Below, piece by piece: positions 61,332-64,000 of a DNA stretch of 64,000 nt. The notes under the pieces were generated by a model that did not search any database, had not been told where the DNA came from, and worked only from the letters and a program-made list of their open reading frames with translations. Source of the DNA: a virus (taxonomy: Duplodnaviria; Caudoviricetes). The position numbers and the translations under genes were made by a program. Numbering within the stretch: position 1 is the first letter of the stretch; every line of letters starts with the position of its first letter. The DNA lies in IMG/VR virus record IMGVR_UViG_2524614649_000001. One strand, 5' to 3'.

Positions 61332-63248
61332 TTAGAGGACGATTTCCTCGTCGAAGTTCTCGAGCCGCTTGTGGCTGATGACCACGACCTGCTTCAGCTG
61401 GTCCTTGAGCGACAGGAGCGCGTCGACGATCGACTGCGCGTTATCGACGTCGAGGTCGCTGTCGATCTCGTCGCCGATGAACAGCGGCATCACGCGGCTG
61501 ACCAGCACCTGGCCGAGCGCGAGACGCAGGGCGAGGTTGACCATCGTGGCGTGGGCGCCGTTGAAGGTCGAGACGTCCTGCCCGTCGACGGTGATGTTCA
61601 TGTCCTCGTCGACGACGATCTGATGCAGCGGGCGCTTGGCGTTGACCGTCATCTGCTGGACGATGGAGCTGCTGACGCGCGAAAGCGACGGCGCGAGGAA
61701 CGCCTTCAGCGTGCGGCGGGCCTCGACGAGACCCTTGGCACCGGCAGCGAACGCTTCCGACCGCTGCTGCTTGTCGGCGATCTCGGCGGTGAGCTCGTCG
61801 AAGCGAGCCTTCTGCTGACCGTAGCTCTCGACCTGCGTCTCGTAGACGCGCGCAGCGACGAAGGCAGCATCCAGCTCGGCCACGGTGGCCTTCAGCTTCG
61901 GCAGCTCGTGCAACGCCTGCTCGGCCTCATGCGCCGCGGCGAGCCGCGCCATGTGTGCTTCGCTGTCGCGGGCATAGATGTCCCACTGGCGATCGAGAGC
62001 ACGCGCCTTGGCCAGCTCGGCCGAGCGATCTTCCAGCTGCGGCAACGCGTCCAGCTCGGCCTGCATCGTCGCCTTGTCGGCGGCGCGGTCGAGGGCGCGC
62101 ACGCCGTCCTGGATTTCCTCGCGCGACAGGCGCTCCGCACCAGCCGGTTCGACCAGCGGTTCCGACCAGCGTTGGATGCGATACTCCTGGTCCATGATCT
62201 GTGCGCGGGTCAACGACGGCTCCGGCAGCGCGGCAAGCGCGGCGCGGTCGATCGTCGGGTCCGAAGGGTCGAACTGATGGGAGCACTGCGGGCACTCCAC
62301 GCTGTCGTGCGCCAGCTTTTGCTTCGCTTCGATCAGCGAAAGCTGGTCGTTGAGAAACTTCGCATCGTAATCCGGCTGCGGCCCGCGACGCTTCACCTCG
62401 GCATCGTATTCCAGCAGCGCAGCGGCGGCCTCGAGCGCCTCACGGGTGTGGGTCGCGTCGGGGATGCGTTCGATGCTGGAGTAGAGAGCCTTGTAGCGGG
62501 CCTCGTTCTCGACGCGCGCCTTCTCGTGCGCCTCAAGGTCTTCGATGCTGACCGCCAGTTCCTCGGTCGGCTCGACCGGCGCGGCGCCGACGGCGGCGAT
62601 GGTGCGCTCATAGTCGGCGCGCTTGGCGGTGATTTCCTTCGCCTCGGCCAGCTCGACCGCGATGTCGCGCGACGGGGCATAGCCCGCCGGCTTCAGCGGC
62701 TCGACCGGAATGGTCAGCGAGCGGGTGAGGGCGTCGGCCTCGCGGCGCAGACCGTTGGCCTCGTCACGGCACGCCTTCTCGACGGCTTCCTGCGCGGTCA
62801 GACCGACGACCTCGTCGATCAGTTCCTTGCGCTTGGTCGGCGTCAGGCGGGTGAGGCGCTCGCTCTCCTTCTGGTTGGCGACGCAGACGACGTCGAACAC
62901 CTCAAGGCCGAAGCCGAGGATGTCGATGATCTTCTTGTTCACGGCGTCAGCGCCGACGGCGAGCTGCTCTTCGTCGAGGACGAGCTTCTCTTTCTTGCCG
63001 CGCGTGACCTCGTAGGTCTGGCCGCCGACGACGAACGTCAGCGCCATGTCGAGCGACTTGTAGTCGGACGCGGGGCCGCGCAGCGCCTTCTTACCGAAGA
63101 GGCCGTAGCGGATCATTTCCGAGATGAAGGATTTGCCGGTGCCGTTCCGACCCGAGACCGCGGTGGCCCCCGGTTGAAAGCTATGGTCGCCGGAAAGCGA
63201 GATGCCGTTGGTAGGGAACGAAACGGCGTAGCGAAGGTGGTTGATCAT
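61332..63248 (-). CDS. SbcC/Rad50-like SMC ATPase
   Basis: SGRNGTGKS Walker A, CPQC zinc hook, coiled coils, LFIGDEIDSDLD Walker B, VISH. Confidence 0.9.
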   Translation of the reverse strand: MINHLRYAVSFPTNGISLSGDHSFQPGATAVSGRNGTGKSFISEMIRYGLFGKKALRGPASDYKSLDMALTFVVGGQTYEVTRGKKEKLVLDEEQLAVGADAVNKKIIDILGFGLEVFDVVCVANQKESERLTRLTPTKRKELIDEVVGLTAQEAVEKACRDEANGLRREADALTRSLTIPVEPLKPAGYAPSRDIAVELAEAKEITAKRADYERTIAAVGAAPVEPTEELAVSIEDLEAHEKARVENEARYKALYSSIERIPDATHTREALEAAAALLEYDAEVKRRGPQPDYDAKFLNDQLSLIEAKQKLAHDSVECPQCSHQFDPSDPTIDRAALAALPEPSLTRAQIMDQEYRIQRWSEPLVEPAGAERLSREEIQDGVRALDRAADKATMQAELDALPQLEDRSAELAKARALDRQWDIYARDSEAHMARLAAAHEAEQALHELPKLKATVAELDAAFVAARVYETQVESYGQQKARFDELTAEIADKQQRSEAFAAGAKGLVEARRTLKAFLAPSLSRVSSSIVQQMTVNAKRPLHQIVVDEDMNITVDGQDVSTFNGAHATMVNLALRLALGQVLVSRVMPLFIGDEIDSDLDVDNAQSIVDALLSLKDQLKQVVVISHKRLENFDEEIVL

Positions 63249-63316
63249 GATGCCTCCTGAAAACGCCTAGCCAACCGCCGCAACTCCCGTCGCGGCATCT
63301 GACCAGGTGACTTGCG

Positions 63317-64000
63317 ATGGATGTGTTCGAACTGCAGACCCGGCTTCAGAGCGCAGGGTGCTATGCGGGGAAAATCGACGGCGTTGCGGGTGCAGTGACC
63401 CGCCAGGGTGTCATTGATTTCATGACGCTCGGGCCCGATTACAAGCTCGAGGACACGGATTTCGATGTGGCGGCCGGCGCGCTCGGCGTGCCTGTCAGCT
63501 ACGTCAAGGCACTCTACGAAGTGGAGAGCTCCGGTTCCCCGTTCATTGATGGCCGGCCGGCCATCCTGTTCGAGCCGCACCGGTTCAGCCGGGCGACGGG
63601 CGGGCGCTTCGACGCCAGCCATCCGCACATCAGCTACCCGGCGTGGGACCCGAAGCGTTACCCGCGCACGCAGGCGGCACGCTACGACCAGCTGGCCGAG
63701 GCGGTCTGCCTGGCGCCCGACGCTGGCTTTGCGTCGGCGAGCTACGGCGGGTTTCAGATCCTCGGCGAGAATTATCATCGCTGCGAAGCGCGCGACCCGA
63801 TGGCCTTCGCGTGGCAGGAAAGTCAGACGACTGCCGACCAGCTCCACCACTTCGTGCTGTTCATCCAGAGCGACCGGGTCCTGTGGGACGCGCTGAAGCG
63901 CGCCGACTGGGTCACGGTGGCGAAGCGTTACAACGGCACCGCCTATTACAAGAACCGCTATGACGTCCGTCTGGCGCAGGCCGAGCGGGGTGCTCGGTGA
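63317..64000 (+). CDS. endolysin: peptidoglycan-binding domain plus N-acetylmuramidase (DUF3380-like)
   Basis: LQ.RL...G.Y.G.IDG..G..T; VESSG...ILFEPHRF...SASYG.FQI.GENY; stop at 63998-64000. Confidence 0.88.
   Translation: MDVFELQTRLQSAGCYAGKIDGVAGAVTRQGVIDFMTLGPDYKLEDTDFDVAAGALGVPVSYVKALYEVESSGSPFIDGRPAILFEPHRFSRATGGRFDASHPHISYPAWDPKRYPRTQAARYDQLAEAVCLAPDAGFASASYGGFQILGENYHRCEARDPMAFAWQESQTTADQLHHFVLFIQSDRVLWDALKRADWVTVAKRYNGTAYYKNRYDVRLAQAERGAR

Noticed and set aside
63317-64000. Complete lysis cassette
   Set aside because: Only the endolysin is visible; any holin or spanin would lie beyond the window edge.

Overview
A 64-kb segment of a GC-rich, lytic-looking tailed dsDNA phage with a lambda-like siphovirus tail tip. 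The host is probably an alphaproteobacterium, inferred from the short NrdA type, a Sphingomonad/GTA-like tail-tube homologue and leaderless late genes. No integrase, CRISPR array or tRNA was seen. Layout: (1) leftward nucleotide-metabolism genes, 1-4.9 kb (MazG-like, HD nucleotidase, nrdB, HNH-AP2 endonuclease, nrdA); (2) about 65 small leftward early/middle ORFs, 5-28 kb, including HTH regulators, GP88-like, ATP-dependent ligase, rIIB/rIIA and a standalone WYL protein; (3) an AT-rich, palindrome-rich control region, 25.3-28.5 kb; (4) leftward primase-helicase; (5) rightward virion module, 31.6-59.1 kb (gpA-type terminase, portal, fibre, protease, capsid, tape measure, tail tube, L/K/I/J-like tip); (6) leftward dNMP kinase, thyA, HTH and SbcC-like ATPase; (7) a divergent muramidase-type endolysin. 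The most notable signals are an early-region gene that looks like a GTA/TP901-1-type tail-tube protein missing its polymerisation loop (24694-25008); a DnaA-box-like nonamer TAATCCACA fixed 52-53 nt upstream of SD-less late genes; two separate palindromic motif families (TTGGGAAATTTCCCAA and GTGAC-N3-GTCAC); a 1.3-kb TCGA/GATC-free stretch carrying an acidic (GE)8 protein; and two candidate structured RNAs. All family calls come from motif recognition by eye, not from database searches.
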